A DNA stretch of 64,000 nucleotides, taken from NCBI GenBank assembly GCA_039024555.1, contig JBCCQQ010000001.1, positions 160,001 to 224,000 on the forward strand, given 5' to 3'. Positions within the stretch are counted from its first letter, which is position 1, and each line of letters opens with the position of its first letter. This DNA is from Cyanobacteria bacterium P01_D01_bin.156. Its GTDB lineage: Bacteria > Cyanobacteriota > Cyanobacteriia > Phormidesmidales > Phormidesmidaceae. This document shows, piece after piece, positions 40,947 through 50,620 of the stretch. Position numbers and translations under genes: made by a program. Below the pieces are notes generated by a model. It worked only from the letters and a program-made list of their open reading frames with translations, searched no databases and was not told the DNA's origin.

Positions 40947-42137
40947 TTAATGGTTTCCACTCAAAGATGCGAGCTGATATCGAGTTGTTTCTAGGACCTG
41001 AGCAGGGTCAATCGGCTTCACCATAAAGTCCGTTGCACCCACTGATTTAGCGCGCATTCTATCCATCAGACTATCATTATTACCAATTAGCATAATAATC
41101 GGAGTTTGTTTAAACGCTTTTACTCTCCGGACCTGTTTGCAAATTTCATAACCATTGGCCACAGGCATCGTGACATCTAAAAAAATCAGGTCTGGAGTAT
41201 GGCGAATAATTGCAGCTAATGCTTGAACCGAATCCTGGATGCTGGTACATCTATAGCCAGCCGAACACAACACTTCTTCCATCAAATAGCCAATCTGAGG
41301 ACTATCATCGATACAGAAAATCAACGGTAGTTTTTGAGCGACTTGGATCAGCATCTTCTGCTCCATCGCTCCATAAGGCTGAGATAGATCGTTAATAGAA
41401 GTCAGACCGACAATATCTCGTTCTACATAGGCGGCTACCATAGCCCCCAGTTCACACAGATCGCGCCCAGTAATCCGGCTGAGTTCTCGCAGTGAACGAT
41501 TCCCAGAGAGTAACCGCTGGAGAATCTGACCTGTGCGGGGTTGGGTTTGCTTTTCTAAACGGCTAACATCAATAATAGCCGGAGCTAAATTAGGAGAGAA
41601 ACAAGATAACTTTGTTTTCTGCCACTCTTCTAATGCAGTTTTAACATTATAAAACAACGTCGTGTGATTAAATATCACAATGGATTGATTCAAACGAGCC
41701 TGACGGTTAATGCTGTAGCTAATGTGCGTAATACTTTCTACAGCATGACAAATGTCAAACAACACTTCTGAAAGTGTAGCCTCTACTATGGACAATGCAT
41801 CACTATGCTTTAGCTGTTGTCGTTTCAACAAAACAGTTAAAGCAACATATTCCCAATTCTCAAACACCTCTTCTTCTCGCAACTTTACTTCCCTAGGATT
41901 GACGCTAGGACAGTAGGTTTGCAATAAACGCTGCCAACGTCTAAATCGATGCTGCCCTCCTCCAGCCCAAAGCAACTGACTCCCTTGAAACTCCAGCCAC
42001 CAATTTTCTCCAGTAGATGTTTTTAGGTGAATATAACCATTAATTTGGACTTGGAGAAGTTCTTTAACCGTTTTGAGTAGCTTTAGTGGCGAGCATATGG
42101 TGTCTAATTGTATTGTTTGAATGACAGACTCGGTCAT
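40947..42137 (-). CDS. PatA-type response regulator (PATAN + REC)
   Basis: N-terminal W-x-L-x-F...HRFRRWQR PATAN-like domain; C-terminal REC domain (CIDDS, FLDVTMP, KP). Confidence 0.85.
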   Translation of the reverse strand: MTESVIQTIQLDTICSPLKLLKTVKELLQVQINGYIHLKTSTGENWWLEFQGSQLLWAGGGQHRFRRWQRLLQTYCPSVNPREVKLREEEVFENWEYVALTVLLKRQQLKHSDALSIVEATLSEVLFDICHAVESITHISYSINRQARLNQSIVIFNHTTLFYNVKTALEEWQKTKLSCFSPNLAPAIIDVSRLEKQTQPRTGQILQRLLSGNRSLRELSRITGRDLCELGAMVAAYVERDIVGLTSINDLSQPYGAMEQKMLIQVAQKLPLIFCIDDSPQIGYLMEEVLCSAGYRCTSIQDSVQALAAIIRHTPDLIFLDVTMPVANGYEICKQVRRVKAFKQTPIIMLIGNNDSLMDRMRAKSVGATDFMVKPIDPAQVLETTRYQLASLSGNH

Positions 42138-42676
42138 AACTTTAGAGCTCTAATGCTCTCCTAATCAAGGAAAGTAAGGCAATCAGCGCTAGGGAGCAAA
42201 TCGTGACCTGTTTAAATTACCCGCACGTTTGGAAGGGATAACGATGCTATCGCAGCAGCACACAGTAACCTATCAGTACAAAAATTAGCATTGTGAAGCG
42301 AGGCTGTCATACAAATAAGTGGTTTTTAACAATACCAAATATAGCGGTATCCCTCTAAATTGATAGTTGATTTTCTATCTCTAAAAACGAAAAAACACCC
42401 ATCTAAAATCAGCTATGTTTAGTCTTAAGTAATAACATAAAGACTCTAGTAAGTAGGTGATCACATGTGATTATTGGGAAAAGAAATTCTAAATTCAATG
42501 TCAAGTAAAAGGGGAATGAATTAGTATTAAAAGTGTAAATATTAGTGCCTAAGTAACTTAGCCTTACTTGTGATTCTGGCATTAACAGGCCTAGAGATAA
42601 AATGATTGGGATATCCTCTGCCCCGTTTGAAATAAAGCCCTAATTAAACCAGTCACTGCAGATTGAGTTGTAGGTT

Positions 42677-43147
42677 ATGGATATCCAAGCACGAATCAAC
42701 CGTCAGCGAGTCAATCATATTGTTGATAGCTATCATCTCACGGGTGATGATGTTCTAGCCTTTGAGGAATATTTAACAAGGCTACTCAATACGTATCCAC
42801 AACCTCTGATCGAACTGGCGATCACTGAGGAAATCATACAAGGCTGGTTAAAAATTCCCATGCAGAAGGGACTTGACTTTATCCAAAAGGTTCATACCCA
42901 TCTACAAGTTTGGCAACCAGTTCCAGAAGAGCTCCCTCCATTACCAAGCTCCATCCGCACTCTCACACCCAAAATCTTAGAAACCTCTGTGGTCAATGTA
43001 GAAGTCACGAATACAGCTCTCGTCAACTCAGCATTAGTGAAAACCAAGTTAACTCCTGAACAGTTTGAACAAATTACCGGATTAGACTCTAGTTTAGTGT
43101 TCGATCAACATGGGCAGGTCATAATCGATGCTTCTGCAGCACCTTAA
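42677..43147 (+). CDS. Hypothetical protein
   Basis: 156-aa ORF starting at ATG after TAGG; ends LTPEQFEQITGLD...; overlaps the comF stop by 4 nt. Confidence 0.7.
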   Translation: MDIQARINRQRVNHIVDSYHLTGDDVLAFEEYLTRLLNTYPQPLIELAITEEIIQGWLKIPMQKGLDFIQKVHTHLQVWQPVPEELPPLPSSIRTLTPKILETSVVNVEVTNTALVNSALVKTKLTPEQFEQITGLDSSLVFDQHGQVIIDASAAP

Positions 43148-43827
43148 AACATTGCTCGAGCCACAGTTATCATGCCTAAAACGTTGTAGCCCGCTTGTCT
43201 TAACACCACTGTGGCAGCAAGGGCTGTACTACCGGTCGTATAAATATCATCAATCAGCCAGATTGGCCTGGAGGGCTTGGGCAGGCTCGTGCCTAGTTGA
43301 AATGCCCCCCATAGATTAGCTTTTCGTTCTGCCACTCCTAGGCTGTGCATGGCACAAGTGTTTTTCTTACGAATAAGACCATTAGGTATATAACGTAACC
43401 CGGTAGCACGGCAAAATCCTTTCGCAATTAAACTAGCTTGGTTATAGCCTCTTTGCTGTTGGCGTTCACGATGTAACGGAATAGGAATCATTAAAGGCTT
43501 GTGCCGTAAGGTAGCGCCGTAGTGCTCGTACCATTGGGCTCCCAATTGCACCCCCAGCCAGATCCCTAATTCAGGCTTATTACCATACTTGAGTAAAGCT
43601 AATGCCTGTTTAAGTAAGCCACTATACGCTCCCCATGCAAAAAGATTAAAATCAGTGGTTGGGGGAACCTTCATACGAGGGTCAGCCAAGGTTGCCACTG
43701 GCCAAAGGGATGATAGCATCTGACCATGGCAGGACTGACATAACACCTCACCTGTGGAGCGATCGCAAAGTGGACAGGTATTTGCCAAAAAGAGGCGTGT
43801 AAACGGGCCTAAGACTTCTTGAAGCAT
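43144..43827 (-). CDS. comF: ComF family competence protein
   Basis: CPLC...CQSC zinc ribbon, RGYNQA and PRT motif LIDDIYTTGST. ATG at 43827 preferred over 43869. Confidence 0.88.
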   Translation of the reverse strand: MLQEVLGPFTRLFLANTCPLCDRSTGEVLCQSCHGQMLSSLWPVATLADPRMKVPPTTDFNLFAWGAYSGLLKQALALLKYGNKPELGIWLGVQLGAQWYEHYGATLRHKPLMIPIPLHRERQQQRGYNQASLIAKGFCRATGLRYIPNGLIRKKNTCAMHSLGVAERKANLWGAFQLGTSLPKPSRPIWLIDDIYTTGSTALAATVVLRQAGYNVLGMITVARAMF

Positions 43828-43982
43828 ATGTACTGCTATGATTGCATCCGTTAAACGCGTCGCCCTCACTATCGAAACAATTCCTAGGATTTGACATTGC
43901 TAATCCTGAGGACAGTTGTAGTATTCACGCACTTCAATTGAAAACACCTGGTAGATCGTTGCATCCGCTAAACCAGCAATGG

Positions 43983-44147
43983 CTACGACTTCTTCCGGCG
44001 AACTGTAACGTTGGTGACATGTCCATCGGGATACACCAAAGACATCATTTGCTCATTTGATTGCTGAGTGCTGGCAGTGCATGGGTAAATTTCATGAGTG
44101 TGTTGCCCATTATTACTTAGGCAGCGAATAGGGTTGACGAATTTCAT
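43983..44147 (-). CDS. Putative unannotated 54-aa small protein
   Basis: Manual translation MKFVNPIRCLSNNGQHTHEIYPCTASTQQSNEQMMSLVYPDGHVTNVTVRRKKS; below the track's length cutoff. Confidence 0.4.
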   Translation of the reverse strand: MKFVNPIRCLSNNGQHTHEIYPCTASTQQSNEQMMSLVYPDGHVTNVTVRRKKS

Positions 44148-44560
44148 GGCAGTGATGGTGACGGTAGAACGTTGACGATATAGTCAATTGTTCATCAGAC
44201 TGAACAAAAGTTGTGAGGGTGAAATTATTGATGTTATCTATTTTTCTTAAGAAGAAAAAATAAAGTTGCTTACTTCATATTTAAAGAGACTTTAACTATA
44301 ATCTGCCGTATCTCTAAAAAGTCTCACATCAAGAACTTACGGGGTTTAACAGGAAAGGGGGTTACGTTGAATTAAAGTTTTCACATCCTCAATTTATGAC
44401 AACGTCAAAAGTGATCTAAGTGTTGACTAAAAGTTTCCATCAATCTCCGCAAATTACCTTAGATCGATAATCTGCACGACCACTCTCATGAGACCGTGAA
44501 ATTCACGTACAATCAACACTGTTTGCCCTAATTCCTAAGCAGTCAAGAGAGGATAGACCT

Positions 44561-45910
44561 TTGAAAACTCGCGTAATTGTGGTCCGTCATGGCGAAAGTA
44601 CCTTCAATGTGAAACGTATTGTTCAAGGACATCATGACGAGTCTCTACTGACTGAAACAGGAGAAGAACAGGCCCGCCAAGTAGGTAAGTTATTAAGCAA
44701 CATTAAAGTTGATGCCGTTTACTGTAGTCCCCTCAAGCGTGCTGCCCGTACAGCCGCTTTGATTACGGAAGCGATGGGTGGGGAGACCGCGCCCCACCCC
44801 ACTGATTTACTGAAGGAGATTAGCTTGCCTCTTTGGGAAGCCATGTCGTTTAGCGATATTGAAATTCAATATCCTGAGGAATATCGCGCATGGCGACAGC
44901 AGCCCAACACATTAAAAATGGCTCTTCCCCAAGCTGATGGAACAGTTCAGGACTTTTATCCGGTAAGGGCTGTGTGGCAACAGGCCGAAAAGTTCTGGAA
45001 ATGGCTGTTAGAACATCATCAGGGTCAAACACTATTATTAGTTGCTCACAGTGCTATTAATCGAGCATTAGTTGGAACTGCTATCGGTCTCGGCCCAGAA
45101 GCACTTAATCGCATGTATCAATCCAACTGCAGTGTCAGCGTGCTGAACTTTCCAGGAGCATGGGGACAGCCTGCTCAACTTGAGTCGATGAATTCTACAA
45201 GCCATACCGGTTCACCACTACCCACTTTACGTCGTGGATTCAAAGGCCCTAGACTCCTTTTAGTACGTCATGGTGAAACAGAGTGGAATCGAGAATCTCG
45301 TTTTCAAGGACAGATTGATATTCCGTTAAACGACAATGGTCGAGCTCAAGCAGCTCAAGCGGGAGATTTTTTACAGGCAGTTACCATTGATGGTGCTGTG
45401 TCTAGTTCCATGATGCGCCCTAAGGAAACCGCTGAAATCATCTTGAAACATCACTCTGAAGTAACCTTAGGCGTTACAGAAGGTCTATGGGAAATTAGCC
45501 ATGGCCAGTGGGAAGGGAAGTTTGAACATGAAATTGAAGCGGGTTTTCCTGGCATGTTAGAAGCTTGGCAAACCAAACCTGAAACAGTGCAAATGCCTGA
45601 TGGGGAAAACTTACAGGATGTTTGGGAACGAGCGGTTAAAGCTTGGAACAAAATCGTCACCCAATATGAAAATGATGAGGCACCTCAGACTGTGCTGGTT
45701 GTAGCTCATGACGCTATCAATAAATCTATCTTGTGCTATGTGACTGGACTAGGGCCAGAAGCATTTTGGCAATTTAAACAGGGCAATGGGGCGGTGAGTG
45801 TTATTGACTACCCCAATGGCCTAGACAGTGCACCGATGTTGAGTGCTGCCAATATTACGGTACATTTATCCGGCAGCTTATTTGATACAACAGCAGCAGG
45901 CGCATTATAG
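44561..45910 (+). CDS. Tandem histidine-phosphatase domain protein (phosphoserine phosphatase/GpmB-like)
   Basis: Two RHGE motifs and two VAH motifs. Confidence 0.88.
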   Translation: MKTRVIVVRHGESTFNVKRIVQGHHDESLLTETGEEQARQVGKLLSNIKVDAVYCSPLKRAARTAALITEAMGGETAPHPTDLLKEISLPLWEAMSFSDIEIQYPEEYRAWRQQPNTLKMALPQADGTVQDFYPVRAVWQQAEKFWKWLLEHHQGQTLLLVAHSAINRALVGTAIGLGPEALNRMYQSNCSVSVLNFPGAWGQPAQLESMNSTSHTGSPLPTLRRGFKGPRLLLVRHGETEWNRESRFQGQIDIPLNDNGRAQAAQAGDFLQAVTIDGAVSSSMMRPKETAEIILKHHSEVTLGVTEGLWEISHGQWEGKFEHEIEAGFPGMLEAWQTKPETVQMPDGENLQDVWERAVKAWNKIVTQYENDEAPQTVLVVAHDAINKSILCYVTGLGPEAFWQFKQGNGAVSVIDYPNGLDSAPMLSAANITVHLSGSLFDTTAAGAL

Positions 45911-45928
45911 TCAGAGCTCCCAAAGATT

Positions 45929-47173
45929 ATGAATAGCTGGTGGATACGAGAGGTACGCATATTAGATCCGCTCACCCAATACGATCAGATCGGGGATGTT
46001 CTCATTAAAGATCAGACTATCCAAGCCCTAGGTTCGCCTTTAGAGGCTTCAGGAGAACTCATTCAAGAAATTGATGGGCAAGGTTGTGTAATGGGGCCAG
46101 GTTTAGTGGATCTTTATAGCCAGACCGGTGAACCTGGCTATGAGTCTCGGGAAACTCTAGAACAGTTTTTACAAGCAGCCAGTGCAGGAGGGTTTACCCA
46201 GCTAGGGTTATTACCGAACACTACGCCAGCCATTGATAACCTCACCCAGGTGAAACAGCGGTTAGTGCAGAAATCGGGGTTGCCTCGGGTATTGCCTTGG
46301 GGAGCTATCACTCTAGGTACAGCAGGGAAAAAGCTAACAGATTTGATGGAGCTCAGTGACTCTGGTGTAGTCGGTTTTTGTGATGGCCGCCCGTTGGAAA
46401 ATCCTCGAATACTGCAAAAATCCCTAGAATATATGCAGCCGTTGCCATTACCGCTCGCTTTCTGGCCCTGTGATCCTCAACAAAGCGGTAGCTGTCGTGA
46501 TGGCGCAGACTCGGTACGTTTAGGGCTCTCGCCCATAGCCAATACTGCGGAAACTAGACCACTCACCGCCCTGCTGGAAGAAGTCGCTGTCAGTCGACGA
46601 TCAGTACATCTCATGAGGATTTCCACGGCCCGCAGCGTGGATCTCATTCGAGCAGCTAAAAACCAAGGGTTACCGATCACAGCTAGTGTAACTTGGTTAC
46701 ATCTATTGTTTAGCACGGCTGATTTAGACAGTTATGCACCAAGTTTAAAGCTAGCGCCTCCTCTAGGCACTCCTACTGATCAAGCAGCACTGATTAGAGG
46801 ATTGGAAGATGGAACAATAGATGCGATCGCAGTAGATCATTGCGCCCATACTTACGAAGAAAAAGCCGTTCCCTTTGGCACTGCGCCACCAGGTGCCATA
46901 GGTCTACCGCTTGTTTTACCTATTCTCTGGAGAACCTTTGTAGCCGGTGGGCGATGGAGTCCGCTACAACTGTGGAGCTACCTAAGCTCACAACCAGCCC
47001 AATGTTTAGGCATTCAAACACCCATGCTCAAACAACAGACTCCAGTTAACCTAGTCCTATTTGATCCGAATCAAACCTGGCAAGCAACACTCCATAACCT
47101 AGGCAGCGCCCCCATCAATACCATCTATGGTGAGCAAATCATTCAGGGAAAAGTGAAACGTATTTGGATCTAA
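45929..47173 (+). CDS. Dihydroorotase-like protein, probably the non-catalytic PyrC'
   Basis: Amidohydrolase fold with PNTTP and PPLG, but DLYSQ in place of the DxHxH metal-binding motif. Confidence 0.8.
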   Translation: MNSWWIREVRILDPLTQYDQIGDVLIKDQTIQALGSPLEASGELIQEIDGQGCVMGPGLVDLYSQTGEPGYESRETLEQFLQAASAGGFTQLGLLPNTTPAIDNLTQVKQRLVQKSGLPRVLPWGAITLGTAGKKLTDLMELSDSGVVGFCDGRPLENPRILQKSLEYMQPLPLPLAFWPCDPQQSGSCRDGADSVRLGLSPIANTAETRPLTALLEEVAVSRRSVHLMRISTARSVDLIRAAKNQGLPITASVTWLHLLFSTADLDSYAPSLKLAPPLGTPTDQAALIRGLEDGTIDAIAVDHCAHTYEEKAVPFGTAPPGAIGLPLVLPILWRTFVAGGRWSPLQLWSYLSSQPAQCLGIQTPMLKQQTPVNLVLFDPNQTWQATLHNLGSAPINTIYGEQIIQGKVKRIWI

Positions 47174-47184
47174 TTGCTCAGGGT

Positions 47185-47754
47185 CTAGTTACCCCTCAGC
47201 ACACCAATACGGTTAGGTGGCCAAAACCGAACAACCGCTTTCCCAATAATTTGATCCTCTGGTAAAAAGGGTCTAGGCCAAGCATGACTATCAACACTGT
47301 TATTGCGGTTATCGCCAAACACAATGTAATTCTCTTCAGGGACTGTTTGAGGTCCCCAACGATACTTAGGAGGCGCTTTAATGTAGCGCTCATCAATCGG
47401 CTCGTTATTAATAAATACTTGGCCGTTAGCGACTTCTACTGTATCCCCGGGTAAGCCCACAATGCGTTTGATAAATGCATTACGAGGTTGACCGACCGGT
47501 GTAATTTCCTCTGGCGGCCAAAAGACAATAATGTCTCCCCGGGCAGGCTCCGTGAGACGATAGCTCATTTTTTCTACTACCAAACGATCATTCACCTGGA
47601 GCGTAGGTTCCATAGACCCCGTCGGAATATAACGTGCCTCGGCTACAAATTGGCGAATACCCAAAGCCAAAACAATACTGAGTCCGATAGTTTGTACACT
47701 TTCAACCCATATATTGGGATTGGAACTTTGACGGTCTTGATTTTGATTAGCCAC
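47185..47754 (-). CDS. lepB: Signal peptidase I (paralog 2)
   Basis: IPTGSMEPTL, FIKRIVGLPGD and GDNRNNSVDSH motifs. Confidence 0.93.
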   Translation of the reverse strand: MANQNQDRQSSNPNIWVESVQTIGLSIVLALGIRQFVAEARYIPTGSMEPTLQVNDRLVVEKMSYRLTEPARGDIIVFWPPEEITPVGQPRNAFIKRIVGLPGDTVEVANGQVFINNEPIDERYIKAPPKYRWGPQTVPEENYIVFGDNRNNSVDSHAWPRPFLPEDQIIGKAVVRFWPPNRIGVLRGN

Positions 47755-47922
47755 AGAAACTAGCCCTTACTCAGATAGAGACACCCGCCCGAGATATACA
47801 GACCTAGATGCTGCCGTAGAAGCAACGACCAAATCCGAGCGATCTTACCAACAGTATTTATATCAGGGCATGAGTGTTATCCCAGTCAGCCTTCACATCC
47901 AAAGACATCACGATAAGTAGAT

Positions 47923-48471
47923 TTACTCCAAACCGCCTAGCCTGGCAGGTGGCCAAAACCTAACGACAGCCTTACCAATAATCTGATCTTCAGGAACAAA
48001 GGGTTTCGCAATGTTCCAGGCATGGCTATCGTAGCTGGCATTACGGTTATCCCCGAGCACAAAATAATTCTCGTCAGGAATCGTTATCGGTGTCTGTTCA
48101 TAGTCGGGGGGAGCCTGAATATACCTTTCATCTTGTACCTCACCATTGATAAAAACTTCACCATCGCTGACTTCGATCGTATCTCCCGGTAACCCAACAA
48201 TGCGCTTGATAAACGCATCCCGCTTTTGCCCTGCAGGCACAATTTCTGATGGAGGCCAGAAAACAACGATGTCGCCCCGTTGAGGTTGCTGAAAACGATA
48301 GCTTATCTTTTCAATCACCAGCCGATCATTAACCTGTAGCGTAGGCTTCATAGACTCTGATGGAATGTAGCGTGCTTCCGCCACAAATTGGCGAATACCT
48401 AGAGCCAGCGCAATGCTAAGTCCAATAGTTTGAATGCCCTCAATCCAGGGATTTTGTTGTTTTTGAGACAC
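47923..48471 (-). CDS. lepB: Signal peptidase I (paralog 1)
   Basis: IPSESMKPTL, FIKRIVGLPGD and GDNRNASYDSH motifs. Confidence 0.93.
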   Translation of the reverse strand: MSQKQQNPWIEGIQTIGLSIALALGIRQFVAEARYIPSESMKPTLQVNDRLVIEKISYRFQQPQRGDIVVFWPPSEIVPAGQKRDAFIKRIVGLPGDTIEVSDGEVFINGEVQDERYIQAPPDYEQTPITIPDENYFVLGDNRNASYDSHAWNIAKPFVPEDQIIGKAVVRFWPPARLGGLE

Positions 48472-48678
48472 AGTTGACGACTAGAAACGTTGGGATGATT
48501 TTAATGGCAAGCATAACTGCTAATAGCCATCAGTGACGAGGCACAAAAGACAATCGCTATCTTATTTAATTTAGGTGAGCTTTTTGGTGATACGCATACC
48601 CTTCTACACAATTAAGATTGCCACCTATCGTTTTGAGGTCGCAAGCGCTCGCTGTTCATAACAATCAATAGCTGAGCA

Positions 48679-49365
48679 CTATGGCTGAGTCGGCGATTGG
48701 ATAGTTCTTTGCTTTGGCCGCTTTAACCAAATGCCATGCAAACCAGCCGAACCAGCCCCTTGAAGGTCATCTTTGCGGCTGTCGCCGATGTGCCACGCTT
48801 CTTGAGGATGACAATCATGTTTTTGAAGAGCCGTCATAAAAATAAGCGGGTCTGGCTTAGCAGCACCTGCCTCAGTAGAAATAGTCACAGTCTGAAAATA
48901 ATCCTTGAGCCCCAGGGCACCTAAAACAGAGTAAATACGTGAGTCAAAGTTTGAAATAATGCCTAGGGAAATACCCAAGCGCTGCCATCGCTCCAAGGAA
49001 CTCAACGTATCTTGATAAACAACCCAAGGCTTTGCAGTGGAAAAGTGGTGATAAACCTCTTCAAAAAAAGTTTCGAAATTGGAAAATTCTTGGACAACAC
49101 CTGCACGCTCAAAGGTGTCTCTAGCGATGGCTAACCACCAGCGATACTCACAATAAGGAATATCAACCGCTGATACATCTGGAAAGGCCATGGGCGTAGC
49201 TGTGGAAAAACTACGATAAAAAGCCTGATCCAAAGTCTGAGCAGAGGCTGTGACACCTGATTGTTGAGCTAAGCGTTGATACACCTCACCAACACTACCC
49301 TTAACGCCAAACAGGGTACCGACAGCATCTAGAAAAATCACTTTTGGGTATGCCATGGCCATCAA
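48679..49365 (-). CDS. HAD-IA hydrolase (REG-2-like)
   Basis: FLDAVGTL, SNFDSR, KPDP and HIGDS motifs. Confidence 0.88.
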   Translation of the reverse strand: MMAMAYPKVIFLDAVGTLFGVKGSVGEVYQRLAQQSGVTASAQTLDQAFYRSFSTATPMAFPDVSAVDIPYCEYRWWLAIARDTFERAGVVQEFSNFETFFEEVYHHFSTAKPWVVYQDTLSSLERWQRLGISLGIISNFDSRIYSVLGALGLKDYFQTVTISTEAGAAKPDPLIFMTALQKHDCHPQEAWHIGDSRKDDLQGAGSAGLHGIWLKRPKQRTIQSPTQP

Positions 49366-50558
49366 GACACTGACAGCAACTGCCGTAGGGGTTGACTTAC
49401 CCAGTTGAGGCCTACTCGCAACTGATGTTCAAAGGTAGGCATTCGGTACAAATAGGTTAAACGCCGAAAAATATGAGCAGCGGGACCGTCTAACTTTAGC
49501 CCTAACCCGGTTAGGGTAGCGGTATCGCGGCCAAGAGTCATCATTTCTCCCAAATGCTGATATCTAAAAGGGAGGGGAGGACGACCTGTCAGAGATGCCC
49601 AAATATTCCAAGCCGTATAGTCAGCTTGCTGCAGAGCGACTTGGGCCGTAGTTGGCACATTATTGCCATCGGCATCTTTACCATCGGCCAAGTCTCCCAA
49701 GGCAAAAATATTATCGTGCCCCATAATTTGCAGGGTGGGCTGAACTTTTAACTGCTGTCGCTTATTTTTTTCCAAAGGAAGCTGGTCAATTAAGGAAGTC
49801 ACCTTATTACCGACAGTCCATAGCACGAGATCTACGGGTAAAACATCCATTTGATCTTTATAAGTCAAGGAAATAGTGTCGGCCCCTATATCACTGACGG
49901 TAGTTTCATAATCAACCCAAATACCATTTTCAGTGAGCGCGGACTGGGCTGCTTTTTTATTGAAATCTGGGGAATTTTGTAAAATTTCAGTGCCACGCTC
50001 CACAATGCGCAAGCGCCCTCGCTCACCTAGACGTTCTGCCAATTTACAGGCAAGTTCTACCCCACTGTAACCTCCGCCTACTACGGCAACCCGAATTTTG
50101 TCAGCATTAGAGTTTTCGATAGCCCGCAGTCGTTCCTTCAGGGTGTATGCATCGTTCAGGGTACGAAATGCGATCGCATGCTCTCTTACACCAGGGGCCA
50201 TATCCATAGGCGTTTCTCCCCCTAGAGCTAACACCAAACGGTCGTACTCTAAAAGAGTTTTATCCTGTAAATGAACTTTATTGCCTGGTAAGTCGATTTC
50301 AGCAATCCCACTCTGGTGAAATTGAATGCCTGTACCTGCTAAAAGCTCTGTGTAGGGAGGCGCCACTTCCCAAGTCTGCAATTCATCGGTCACGACTTCG
50401 TACAACAACGGAGCAAATAAAAAGCGATCGCGCTGGTCCACAAGAGTGATTTCAGGTTTTGCCGTTTTCTCCCACGGCAGTTTGCTCAGGGCCAAGGCCG
50501 TATAGAGCCCCCCAAAACCGCCGCCCAAAATTACCACTCGCTTGCTTGATACCGCCAT
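49362..50558 (-). CDS. ndbB: Type II NAD(P)H dehydrogenase, NdbB-like
   Basis: GGGFGG and GGGYSG Rossmann motifs, FALGD and TAQVALQQ; GVELACKLAERL fits the NdbB/NDC1 clade. Confidence 0.75.
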   Translation of the reverse strand: MAVSSKRVVILGGGFGGLYTALALSKLPWEKTAKPEITLVDQRDRFLFAPLLYEVVTDELQTWEVAPPYTELLAGTGIQFHQSGIAEIDLPGNKVHLQDKTLLEYDRLVLALGGETPMDMAPGVREHAIAFRTLNDAYTLKERLRAIENSNADKIRVAVVGGGYSGVELACKLAERLGERGRLRIVERGTEILQNSPDFNKKAAQSALTENGIWVDYETTVSDIGADTISLTYKDQMDVLPVDLVLWTVGNKVTSLIDQLPLEKNKRQQLKVQPTLQIMGHDNIFALGDLADGKDADGNNVPTTAQVALQQADYTAWNIWASLTGRPPLPFRYQHLGEMMTLGRDTATLTGLGLKLDGPAAHIFRRLTYLYRMPTFEHQLRVGLNWVSQPLRQLLSVS

Positions 50559-50620
50559 CTGTTATCACAAAAACGTGGATTAACGGTTATTAGGATAACG
50601 CGAGTAGTGATATCCAGGGG

